Assembly (NCBI GenBank): GCA_973895155.1
Contig: OZ316894.1
Span: 22,353,867-22,417,866, forward strand
Direction of reading: 5' to 3'
Source: Marsupella aquatica
Taxonomy: Eukaryota; Plantae; Marchantiophyta
DNA length: 64,000 bases
Below are positions 1 through 10,342 of this stretch, in pieces; the stretch's first letter is position 1; the number at the start of each line of letters is the position of its first letter. The notes beneath the pieces were generated by a model. That model worked only from the letters and a program-made list of their open reading frames with translations, was not told where the DNA came from and did not search any database. Made by a program: the position numbers and the translations under genes.

Positions 1-246
1 TTTCTTGGCTCTTTCCTTGACATGTTTTCTCGCCTAGACATATTTTCCTTTCCTCAACATCTTTTTCTTACCTTTTATTACATCTCTTTTCATCTTTTTT
101 TCTCCTTGACATCTTTTCTCACCACAGCTTATTTTCCTCACCTCAACATCCTTTTCTCTCCTCAACATCTTTTCTCTCCTTAACCTCTTTTAATTTCTCA
201 CCTTGGTATCTTTGGTGCAACTTGCAATGCACGGGCATTGGGCTAG
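1..246 (+). mobile_element. Probable Helitron 3' end preceded by degenerate pyrimidine-rich repeats
   Basis: TGCAATGCACGGGCATTGGG-CTAG|T ending at 246 resembles plant Helitron 3' termini (GCACGGG hairpin arm, then CTAG followed by T). The 5' hairpin arm is degraded. Repeated CATCTTTTTCTC units lie upstream. Confidence 0.4.
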
Positions 247-375
247 TGAGTCTTACAATAATGTAATTATTCCCACATAAATGAATCATTTTTCAAGCAC
301 ATGTCTCAAACACCTTGCCAAACTATAATTCAATGTGTTGATTTATATTCAATTTGTAAATTAAGAATCTAAACC

Positions 376-398
376 TATCACTATATTCATTAAAACTG
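376..398 (+). repeat. Left terminal inverted repeat TATCACTATATTCATTAAAACTG
   Basis: Exact reverse complement of 30158..30180. Confidence 0.85.
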
Positions 399-419
399 TA
401 CTTTTAAAAGTCCATAAGA

Positions 420-545
420 TGAACCCTAAAGTTTTTTTTTTCAGGCCAAATTTCTATTAAAGCATTCCCAAAAGCTAATTTTTTTCAGCCCAAATATACA
501 CTTTTGAACGCCCAAAATTTTGTTTTTTTTCACCCAAATGTTTAA
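420..545 (+). repeat. Left subterminal degenerate repeats, ~22-bp period (CCCAAA...TTTT)
   Basis: GGCCAAATTTCTATTAAAGCAT / TCCCAAAAGCTAATTTTTTTCA / GCCCAAATATACACTTTTGAAC / GCCCAAAATTTTGTTTTTTTTC / ACCCAAATG. Confidence 0.65.
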
Positions 546-846
546 TAATAACTTAAATCATATATTCTAATTAATTTAAAAATTAGAGTAAATTTAATTT
601 AGTCCAAAAATCAGAGGCCAATACCACTCAGACCATCTATAAATTAAAAAATATAGATGGTCATAAATCAAGGGTCAAAATGAGATTGACCCACTATATA
701 ATTATTAAATTGTCCAATCCAGTGAGAGAGCCTCACACTAAGCATATATCCTAATTATTTACTTTATCCTACATGTTCAAAACATATCCTTTCAAGACAT
801 AATATGAATGTACAATTCAGGGTAGGCACTAGAGCAACCCTATCTC

Positions 847-1896
847 CTAATGATCAAGACAAAACTCATTTGAACAAGAAAGTCTGCTTCCTGATTTATC
901 ATAGCGGATGTCACGGTTGCAAGTATCTCTCGCATGGTGGTTCTTAAACTTATTGGTGAGATCCCTAGTTCTGAGAACTTTCCAAATAAAATGCCTTCTA
1001 TTTTGTGTATGAGGACCAGAATAGTTGTCTCCAAGTATTACGTTTGCAGTTTCTTCGATCTCATCCGTGGTCCACGTCTCCAGTGGTGGGTAATGCTGCA
1101 CCTCGTTCTTTCCGTCCCAAGGAATCTCTTCAGGAGTCACATCCAAGATGGTTCCAAACTCCCTATGGATACAACGACAATCTCCCCACTTCTGTTCCAA
1201 AAGAGCATAGATGGCAGCATGATCCTCCTTGCTTGTTAATAAATTGAAAACAGACCACTTTGGATTGTTGACAGTGATATAATGTTGAACGCAGTAAGCC
1301 TTTCTCAATTTGCAAAGATACGGCCATAATATCTCGGGCAAAAAAGTGTCATTTGAAGCTGTGTGAGTAAATGGATTTGGAAACAATCCATTCACGTCAT
1401 AATTCAAAAATGCCTTCAATGGAGAATCATCAATAAGAACTGTATTAGAAGCATCATATTTTTCTGGAAAACGGTCCCAAATGGTTTGCAAATTCTTCAG
1501 AAGTAAATTGGCCTTCCCATCTGTTATATCTGGCCTTTGGATGCAACTATCAAAGGTATCTTCTTGAGTAAAGACAAACTTGAACTTTTGTCGCTCCTCC
1601 TCAGTGAAAATCAACTCCATTAAGTCCATTGTTTTTGGCCTCCTTGCACAGGTCCAAATTGCGACGTCAAAAACCATGAAAGCTGCATATAGAAATTTGT
1701 GGAGGTATGGGCGCTCCACATACATGAAATTAAACCCTCCACGTCTCCCCCAGTGCACACCACGTAAACTTGTCTGATTTCGCCATGGTCCTGAGCTTCT
1801 GGTCTTAATGCAATCCCAACAAATCTTGTTAAGGTCAAGAACCAAGAGCTTTCGCCGGATCGGAGAGTGTAGTATTGGAGTGAATTCTGGAAACAT
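847..1896 (-). CDS. FCP1/NIF (HAD superfamily, CTD-phosphatase-like) domain protein, transposon cargo; may have upstream exons
   Basis: 349-aa ORF with KLLVLDLN, RPYLHKFL, VAIWT, KNLQTIW and NTVLIDDSPLK motifs in NIF-domain order. DxDxT is altered to DLNKI. Confidence 0.8.
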   Translation of the reverse strand: MFPEFTPILHSPIRRKLLVLDLNKICWDCIKTRSSGPWRNQTSLRGVHWGRRGGFNFMYVERPYLHKFLYAAFMVFDVAIWTCARRPKTMDLMELIFTEEERQKFKFVFTQEDTFDSCIQRPDITDGKANLLLKNLQTIWDRFPEKYDASNTVLIDDSPLKAFLNYDVNGLFPNPFTHTASNDTFLPEILWPYLCKLRKAYCVQHYITVNNPKWSVFNLLTSKEDHAAIYALLEQKWGDCRCIHREFGTILDVTPEEIPWDGKNEVQHYPPLETWTTDEIEETANVILGDNYSGPHTQNRRHFIWKVLRTRDLTNKFKNHHARDTCNRDIRYDKSGSRLSCSNEFCLDH

Positions 1897-3300
1897 TAAT
1901 ATAAGCCTTAGTCAATGCGACTCAAAGTTTAAACAATTACTACGGAGGAAAACTCTCAAAATTTGAAATCAAACAAACTTTGTTATAGCATTTGAAGTAG
2001 AGAGGAACGACCCTAGGGTGACCCTCCTAGAAAAACATTAATTACATTCAATTGCCATTTTTTAGATCCAAAGTATACCTGGGTCAAACCCTTCCTCCAC
2101 AGCAACGCTTTCCGAGGGAATGCCAACAAAATCCTTTGAGGAAGGAGATTCTACGACGGAACTTTGGTCTGTAAAAAAGTATATTATTACAAAGATAAAG
2201 CTTAGATTATCATTAAAATACCAAGAACCAAAGAAAGGGCTAATAATTTCCAATGCTAAAATGCCCAAATTCATCTATTGTTTGATCACCTAGAACACTC
2301 TGTATCTCGGAATTGATACCACTGGGAAGTTGCTCTTCAAAGGATGGGGGTGCAAAAACTGGGTGTAGTATTGCACTAAGGACATAAATCAACATTTAAT
2401 ATCCAAAACTCGGTATTCGATCCCATGGAAGAACAAGAAAGGAATGATTTTTTATCGTTTAACACTTATGAATGACTAAGGTAACAAAAACACAGGTTTG
2501 AGCCTTTTACTATGTTTGCTCAGCAAGGCATAGATTTGAATGTTTGCTTAACATTGTAAATGCAATTAATAAAATGGAAACAAATAACAAAACACAATGA
2601 AATCTTAAGGTATGATGAGGGAGTCTGGAAAACACCAAGGTAACTTCTCATCAATACTTCATTTGATGTGATTCTGGTGGTATATCCGTAAGAACATTTC
2701 TGGAATGGTTTACTGTACTAGGATGATTACTAAAATACCGTCAACACGTCTCAACTTTTCCTTCCAAAGGTACTCAGAAGAAACTAGTAATCAATCACTT
2801 CGATATCCAGTCGGTACTCTGAGTCACGAATAATAAACACCATCATGATCAAATTGAAGTCACAGGTAATTGGTGAGTAACAATCTTTGCATCCGTGCAC
2901 AAGCAATGTCATGCCAAAAACTATGCATCAAGAACTCAAGAAGATGGGTTGTCACCACTTAAGGAATCTATTCCCTCATACTTCTGAGATTCAACTTCAT
3001 ACAAGTAATTTTACTTCAATGATCTAAACTCTCAATCATTCAGACCAAGGAAGGGAGAAGAATTCCTTTGTATTTGCAAGCAAAGGTGATTCCAGTCTGC
3101 AGCACATGCCACAGGCACTACTTTATTTCTTCACACTTGAAAATGACACAAATTCTACTTCATATAGGCTAGCAGGAACCCAAGGAGACTGAGATACTGA
3201 AAGGACATGCCCTTTCATATCTAAAGGGTCTTGAATAAACTTAATGACGGTCATCCTTGAAAAGTGAATGGACACTGCTGAAAGTGTCAAAAATGCAGGG

Positions 3301-3987
3301 GACGCTTCTCAAAGCGTCGAGGTTTGAGCGGACGCTTTGCAAAGCGTCGGTGTTTGCGGTAAAACTAATAAACAGTGATTTTAATCTAATTTTAACTTCT
3401 AAACTAAAAGTCGGAATGAGTTGAAACTTTTCTAGTGTACTCTACTACATATAATCTCTATGCTGACAAAGTTTCAGACTTTTCTGAGATCTCTAAGTGT
3501 CTCAAATAAATCGGTAAAAGTGGCGCGGTGTTATAAAAGTGCGAAAACTGAAAAATTTTCTAAGTGTCGGGAACATAGTGGACGCTTCAGAAAGCGTCCA
3601 AACCCACAAAGGACTTTTGTGGACGCTTCAGAAAGCGTTGGCTGAATTTTGAGGTTTGATCGCGACGTCCGTCTTCTGGTCTTCGGGTGCGACGCTTCAG
3701 AAAGCGGCGAAGTCTGTCTTGGCGGACGCTTCAGAAAGCGTCGATTCTGCTTTGTCTTCGAACACGGTCGGACGCTTCACAAGGCGTCACTTCTCATGTG
3801 GACGCTTCAGAAAGCGTCTCATCGGACTTTGGGGTTAGCGGATGCTTCTGTGGGCGTCGCTCCTCATGTGGATTGCAGAGCGTCGGAGTACAACTGGTTG
3901 GGTGGTGGACGCTTCAAAAAGCGTCGTGGTCTTGGGTGGACGCTTTTCAAAGCGTCCAAAAATACAAGGGACGCTTCACAAAGCGTC
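3301..3987. repeat. Array of ~13 palindromic 18-bp units GACGCTT-N4-AAGCGTC with variable spacers
   Basis: Copies start at about 3301, 3331, 3581, 3622, 3691, 3725, 3771, 3801, 3841, 3871 (degenerate), 3908, 3939 and 3970. Confidence 0.9.
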
Positions 3988-4140
3988 GGCGAAGTCGCGG
4001 CTATGCAAAAAACAGCAAAACTAAATTAATTCTAACTTTCAAACCACATGTCGGTTTGAGATGAAACTTGCAGGGATGATTCTACTACGCAACTACTACC
4101 TCCTGAAAAAGTATGAGACTTTTCTGACCATGATAGCTAT

Positions 4141-7100
4141 TTAACTAAAATAGCAGAGATCGGCTGATTGTGATAATTGTATACAGAGCTCATTCTTGTT
4201 GAAAAAGTGTTTTGGAGTCCGGTTCTTGAATCTTCTAGTCTGCATTGCTTCTCCAATGATGTCCAGTCTTCTTTCTTGGTAGCATGTAAAGAGCAAGGAT
4301 TTATATTGGCGATCCTTGTCCAATATAGGCAATAGCCTCCGATGAAGCATAACATTAGGTAAAGTGTTCGGTTGATCTAAATTGCTACAAAAGGTAACTA
4401 GATTGTACCTTGAGTTAGAAAAAGTTTAAAATTTATAAAATTTCCATCATTTCTAACTAATGTACAGCATTACACTGGGCTCAGTCTCAAGTTCAGTTTT
4501 TTGTAATCTGATTTTGCCATTATCTTTGGAGCATCGTCTAGTGATTCTATCATTCCAACCTTTGGTCCATTTCTCCATATAAAATGAGTTGCAGGACGGA
4601 CTGTTTTCATATATCCAGTCCTGCCGATCTCGGATCCAGAATTTTGTGAAAATGATAATACTACGGGGCTTCCTGTAGAAGCACTTGTAAAAACCAATTT
4701 AGTCTCTGATGAGCAATATAGAGGAGACAGGGGAGGATTTGAAGCACCTGCCTTCTCTTCTTCATTTGCAGCGGTCTCAGGTACTTGACGATCATCCTCC
4801 TTTGCAAGTGCAATGTCTGACATTTCTCCCAATTCTACTGCGTCAATATTGCCTAGACCATCTACGGTTGCCTTCCAATGTGCGTCCGATGTGGACGATG
4901 TAAGATCTGGGTCCGATTGGTGCATCCAATTCTCTACACCCGCAAAGGGATTTCTTGGTGGGTCGCCCTCAGGTCGACCCACAACATCAGCCAACCCCAC
5001 ACCAAAGTAGGGAATACCTACCACTTGTGTTCCACATTCATCCAAATTTTGGGTGACCCTGTCGTCTGTGTCGTGACCCAATTCTCCTTCCTCAATATCA
5101 TCTTCGCCCTGGTCTACGCCTTCTTTGGCACCAACATGCTCGGAAACCCCATCGCGGGCTCTACCAAATTTGGAACCGCCCATCCGGTCACTCATTATGG
5201 AAGGAACTTTCTCGCAGAGAACCCTTCCATATGCCTGAGTGAAATCATATTCATCCTCAGTGTCTGAATATGCAAAGCATTCTCTGAAACACAACAATGA
5301 CACCTTCATAACCTGTCCTCCCGAGAAAAAGTCAAGTATAGTCTCCCCTTCAGCCGAAAAAAATTCAATAATACTCTGCAGCATACATTTTGGCTTAGCG
5401 TGAATATTCACAAAGCCACCTCTACTTCCCACCATCTCAAACATGGGAGCCTTTCGTAAGAAATCTCCAATGTGAAATGCCAAAGTTGACTCAGTCTCTG
5501 TCTCCTTACTTGTCTTACTCTTATTCTTATCTCGCTTCTCCGTCTTGTCTTCCACTTGGAAATCAGGGTCGATCGCCGAATTGTAAGAAAATTGGTAATT
5601 AAATCCAGGCCTGAACACTTGCTTCCAATCAAATTTCTCCTTAGTGGTGATTCCTGCAAAGATTATCTCCTCCATACCACAACTGAAAAGTAAGCCCTCT
5701 GGAACTGGTGTATCACTCCGTCGATAGCTCCCGTAGTCGACGTGGATGTCCATTCCCTTTTCATGTTGCAATTTCCTAAGGGCACTCAAAATGTTTGCAG
5801 CAAGTGGCCCCGGATGCACAGTCATGACAACAACAATTGTTGGATTTCTTGGAAGATCCACAATGTATTGTAGTAATGCAATAATTTCAGCATCGGTCCA
5901 AACATGTTGTCGGAGCCTACTGAAGTCAACAATGGCAAGAGGACACAAAGGCGAAGGCTCTTGTAGCATTTTCGGCACGATCGTCTTCATCAAATTCTCA
6001 CTAAAAAATGTCAAGAAAGGCTCCGTGCGAGAACGACCAATCCCACCAAATTCTTTACAATACAACCCATCTAGTCTGACCATCAGACTTTGTGGGAAAC
6101 TCTCCTTGACCACATTCTTCTTCAATGAATTGTTGAGGTAAACCTCACCCGCTGCTCTCCTCAATTTTGTCATCTCAAGCTCAGATTTCAAGGAAGGCAA
6201 CAATATCACCAGAGACTCCCAAGATGTGCCAACAGGAAACTTCTCACGATACTTTTCCACGAAATAGCCAATAATGATTGTTCTCAATTTGGACATTATC
6301 TTGATTGTAAGGGCCAAGTCTCCCATTGCGACAAGCTCTGATTTGTTGGTGATATCCTTCTTCAGCAAGACACGCTCCTCTTCAACATCCTTCAAGATCT
6401 CAATTATCTGTTTGCTACTAATCTCTCCTTCAAAGCATCGAAAGGTACCGGGAGTGATCAATTTTGGGGGTCTTGGCCCTCCATACCCACCAGCCCCGTC
6501 TTGGAGCTTCCCACTCAACCATTTTGCACACACGTTCTGCCATAATTCAAAGAGCTCATCTTCGGCAAAAAGTAACCAATAAATGCTCTTTAGGCTTGAC
6601 TTCCCCATTGTAACCTTTGCCAGGGCAAACCAATCCTGCATATCCAATGGACTTGACATTAGTTTCAGGGTACAATGCATATGTTAGAAAATTTATACCT
6701 ATGTTTGAAATAGGCAACTTTGATATCTCCATTGCATGCGAAAGATTGAACATTCGATATACAAAAACGGCCGATGGCGGATTAATACTTTTTACAGGAA
6801 TATCAAAAACTTCGCGGATGCCAAAAGTATAATACTGCTCAATATTACGCAAAACCTCTTGGCCTTTGAGCACATCATCTTCTTTGGGTCCTTCTGTCGG
6901 ACACATATCATCCTCTGGATGCAAGACAAAGTTTGAAGTCGACCCTGACATTGGTTTTGATTTCGCAACCTTTGCCTTCTTTGTCTGCTTTTTTTGGGGG
7001 CCCTCATCATCTTCATTTTTTTAACCATCTTCTTACAGCGTGAACTCCCAGATTGTTTCTCTTGTTGAACAACCGGCTCTTGAAGCTTTTGTTTCTTCTC

Positions 7101-8725
7101 TGTCTTTGATTGCACACTTCTTTCCACTGTCTTCTTTCTCTCCTTTGCCTTATGCTTTGCTTCTTTTTTCTTCATCTCTGAAATCCACGTCCGGCACGCG
7201 GCCTCTTGAAACTCTGGACAAAAAATGAAACTCTTGTCGATTGCTTGCTCGTATGAAAAATGTGCCTTATCAATCATCCTTTGAACTATCCAAGTAGACG
7301 GAGGGTCCACACTGTCCGCATTGTCATGCATGTGCTTCTTTACGTAGAGAAATCCAAACACTAGGTCAACTCCACTTATTTGAGAACGCGTCTTCTCAAA
7401 CATCTGATCAATTGTTACTCCATCTGGGAAGAATCCCATATCAGCTACGCTTATCTCCAATCGAGCCATCCACTCAACATTCAGTAAAGTCGAGTAGAGT
7501 TTTATTGGCACTAGAAGTCTCATCCACTGAGATTTCTCATTGGACTCAACAATAATCGTTGCATTGCGGTTGTTGTCCGTGTTCACAAGGACGACTGGAC
7601 CTAGAGTAACAATTGTCTTGCGGTCATTCAATTGACTTGTGAGGCCCTTGAAACAAATCAAGAGACTGCCTTCCGCCGACACCCCAACTTCTAGTGCCCA
7701 TCTAAATCCTGGAGTATCTTGGTCAGGGAAAACAAAGTCCTTGATATCCTCGTCCATAATATTTAACTCCGGCTTCTCAAGATTTTTTCCTGGTAAGAAA
7801 CATTGAAAACAAAATGGTCAGCATCATATTTTTAACATTGACATGTGGAAAACTTTCAAGGTGCCTCGCCCTTGGGGCGAGGCGACAAATAGAAGATTGC
7901 AAAATCTTCTTTGCTCCTAGTGCAATTAGCCCTGCCACCTCATCCAAGCAATCAAACATTATTTAGGAATGCAGACGATATCGCCTCACCCCAAGGGCGA
8001 GGCAACTTCTAGGAAAGCAAACAACATTTAGGAATGCAGACAACATCGCCTCGCCCCAAGGGCGAGGCAACTTCTGGAAAGCAGACAACATTTAGGAATG
8101 CAAAGGACATCGCCTCGCCCCAAGGGCGAGGCAACTTCTGGGAAAGCAAACAACATTTAGGAATGTAGAGGACATCGCCTCGCCCCAAGGGCGAGGCAAC
8201 TTCTGGGAATGCAGACAACATTTAGGAATGCAGATAACATCGCCTCGCCCCAAGGGCGAGGCAACTTCTGGGAATGTAGACTACATTTGAGGAATGCAGA
8301 CGACATCGCCTCGCCCCAAGAGCGAGGCAAAAAATAGAATATAGCTAAAGATCCTTTATTAATGTAAGATACAAGGTCCAATACGCCTTCGGAGCAACAA
8401 GAAATCTAGAATGAAGTAGACGTCGCCTCGACCTTGGGGCGAGGCGACTGCAAAGGAATATAGAAATTTTCCTAATAAGAAATTTGAAATCCAAATTAAA
8501 GTAAAGTTGCCTCGCCCTTAGGGCGAGGCAAGAAGTTGAAGCAGATGGTGCCTTACGTGGAAAAGTTAATTGGGCTTTCTTTGACGCCTCCAACGCATTG
8601 TTAACCAATTTTTGGACATCCGGGTCTTCAGGGTCATATTCATACAGAGAGTTATAATTGAAGTTCAATGACTCTTGAGAACTGGCGGAGGTGGTGGAAG
8701 CTTCAGAACTGGAGGAAGTAGACAT
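4141..8725 (-). pseudogene. Spliced, frameshifted transposon gene with beta-class N4/N6 DNA methyltransferase-like domain and possible ParB-like N-terminal remnant
   Basis: Exon 8725..8557, GT-AG intron 8556..7790 in phase with ORF 6792..7757, frameshift near the A-run at ~7020, ORFs 6556..6951 and 4470..6680, then 65-nt GT-AG intron 4473..4409 in phase with 4141..4350. HAKPKCMLQSIIEFFSAEGETILDFFSGG...RECFAYS matches the xKP...GDxVLDPFxGSG...GRxxIGxE pattern. Confidence 0.65.
7965..8330. repeat. Tandem array, 6 x ~65 bp, each with hairpin GCCTCGCCC-CAA-GGGCGAGGC
   Basis: Unit starts at 7965, 8030, 8094, 8159, 8224, 8290. Further single copies near 7863, 8425 and 8508. Confidence 0.95.
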
Positions 8726-9884
8726 TGTAAGGGGCGAGTGAGATTTAAGATGACATGTGGCAACAATGGAGAATGCCACAGGCTGCAAGAGGGCACTAAC
8801 AGGCAAACAATGATCGAGAGAGCAACCCAAAAGGGAAGGGAGCAAGGCGGAAATAAAAGCCTTAGAGCGAGGCGGAAAACAAATCCCAAGAGCGAGGCAA
8901 AAACAAAAGCCCTAGAGCGAGGCAAGAGGGAGGCAAGGAGTGAGGAGACGAGAGAGGAGGCAAGAGGGAGGCAAGGAAATGAGGCCTCAAGCGCAGGGTC
9001 TGCCTTCCTATACCCCCTACGAGCAAGGAGTCCGAGGAGGCAAGGATCCGAGAGGGTACGGAGGCATCAATGTGCGCCAATGATGGAGACCCTCCTCGGT
9101 GCATGTGATCGTGAGTCACCGATGGTGTGACCACTCACGACCACTCGCGACTCACCTACCAATTTTAAACTTCCGAGCTGTCAGTGGTGTGTGCTCGCAA
9201 CTCACCTATCACTCGTGAGTGATTGGCTGACACCCTATCCGATGTCTACTTGTGTGCTGGGTGCGTGCCTCATCCACCCGTGCCCGATCTGTTGGTGTCC
9301 ACTCGTGTGCTGGGTAATGTGTGGGCTTTTTGCCTCTCAAACTGAGTATAGACCTCCCACAATCCATTTTTTGGTTCATTGTCATTTAGACAGTGATTGG
9401 TACGATCATTGACTCTCCTCTGTCCGAGTGCCTTGTTTAGGTCCGCATGGTTGAATGCAAGGTTTAGTAAGGGCACTGGTGAGCACTATGGTGCTAAGAG
9501 TTACAATGCTGGCATCCAAGGTACCCATTTAGCTTGTACAAGGGTGGACAGAGATATATTGCGGAGCAGGTTAGTGATTTTATTTATTTATCTTAGAAGT
9601 ACTAGCTCAACTACATCTAATTCAATACCTTTAAGCCAAACCTAGATTAAGATTTACACATTAGGTTCTAGATCATATATTTTACTCATTCTAGACCTTT
9701 ATCCACAATCTAGCATGTGTAGAACTTACTGTACCCCTTTATGTGATTACTAACATAGTTTTTAGAAGTGGGTCGGAATTATTTCGTGCCGACCTGACTA
9801 TGTCATCTTAACTAGCATTTTAAACTGGTATATAAAAGCATAAGCAAGATAGTTTCACAAATAGTTTTGACATAATTTCAACTT

Positions 9885-10220
9885 AATAGTTGGAGTAGGG
9901 TCGAAATAATTCTGACCCAACTTATCAATGTTTAGTCAATTAAATCATTTTAAGACATATTGTTGGAGGAGGGTCGAAATAATTCCGACCCGACTTGTAA
10001 ATGTTTAGTCAATTCAATCATTTTAAGACATATTGTTGGAGGAGGGTCGAAATAATTCCGACCCAACTTGTAAATGTTTAGTCAATTCAATCATTTCAAG
10101 ACATATTGTTGGAGGAGGGTCGAAATAATTCCGACCCGACTTGTAAATGTTTAGTCAATTCAATCATTTCAAGACATAATGTTGGAGGAGGGTCGAAATA
10201 ATTCCGACCCGACTTGAATG
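9885..10220. repeat. Tandem array, 5 x 73 bp, each with imperfect palindrome GGGTCGAAATAATTCCGACCC
   Basis: GGGTCG cores at 9898, 9971, 10044, 10117, 10190, plus an inverted degenerate copy near 9770. Confidence 0.95.
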
Positions 10221-10342
10221 TATTTAGGGTTTTGAGTGATTTTACAATATTTTTTGGAGGAGAGTCCAGATTTTGAAACATGATCGTAACATGGGGAACT
10301 TAACAATTTCTAACTTTATTTGAATATAGATAGTCCGCTATC

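Noticed and set aside
3301-3987. CRISPR array
   Set aside because: Repeats are only 18 bp, spacing is irregular, there are no cas genes and the context is eukaryotic. Kept as a palindrome array.
3460-4064. Short plus-strand ORFs (GRFRKR repeats)
   Set aside because: Translations of the palindrome array.
8009-8381. Short repetitive ORFs
   Set aside because: Translations of the 65-bp tandem repeat.
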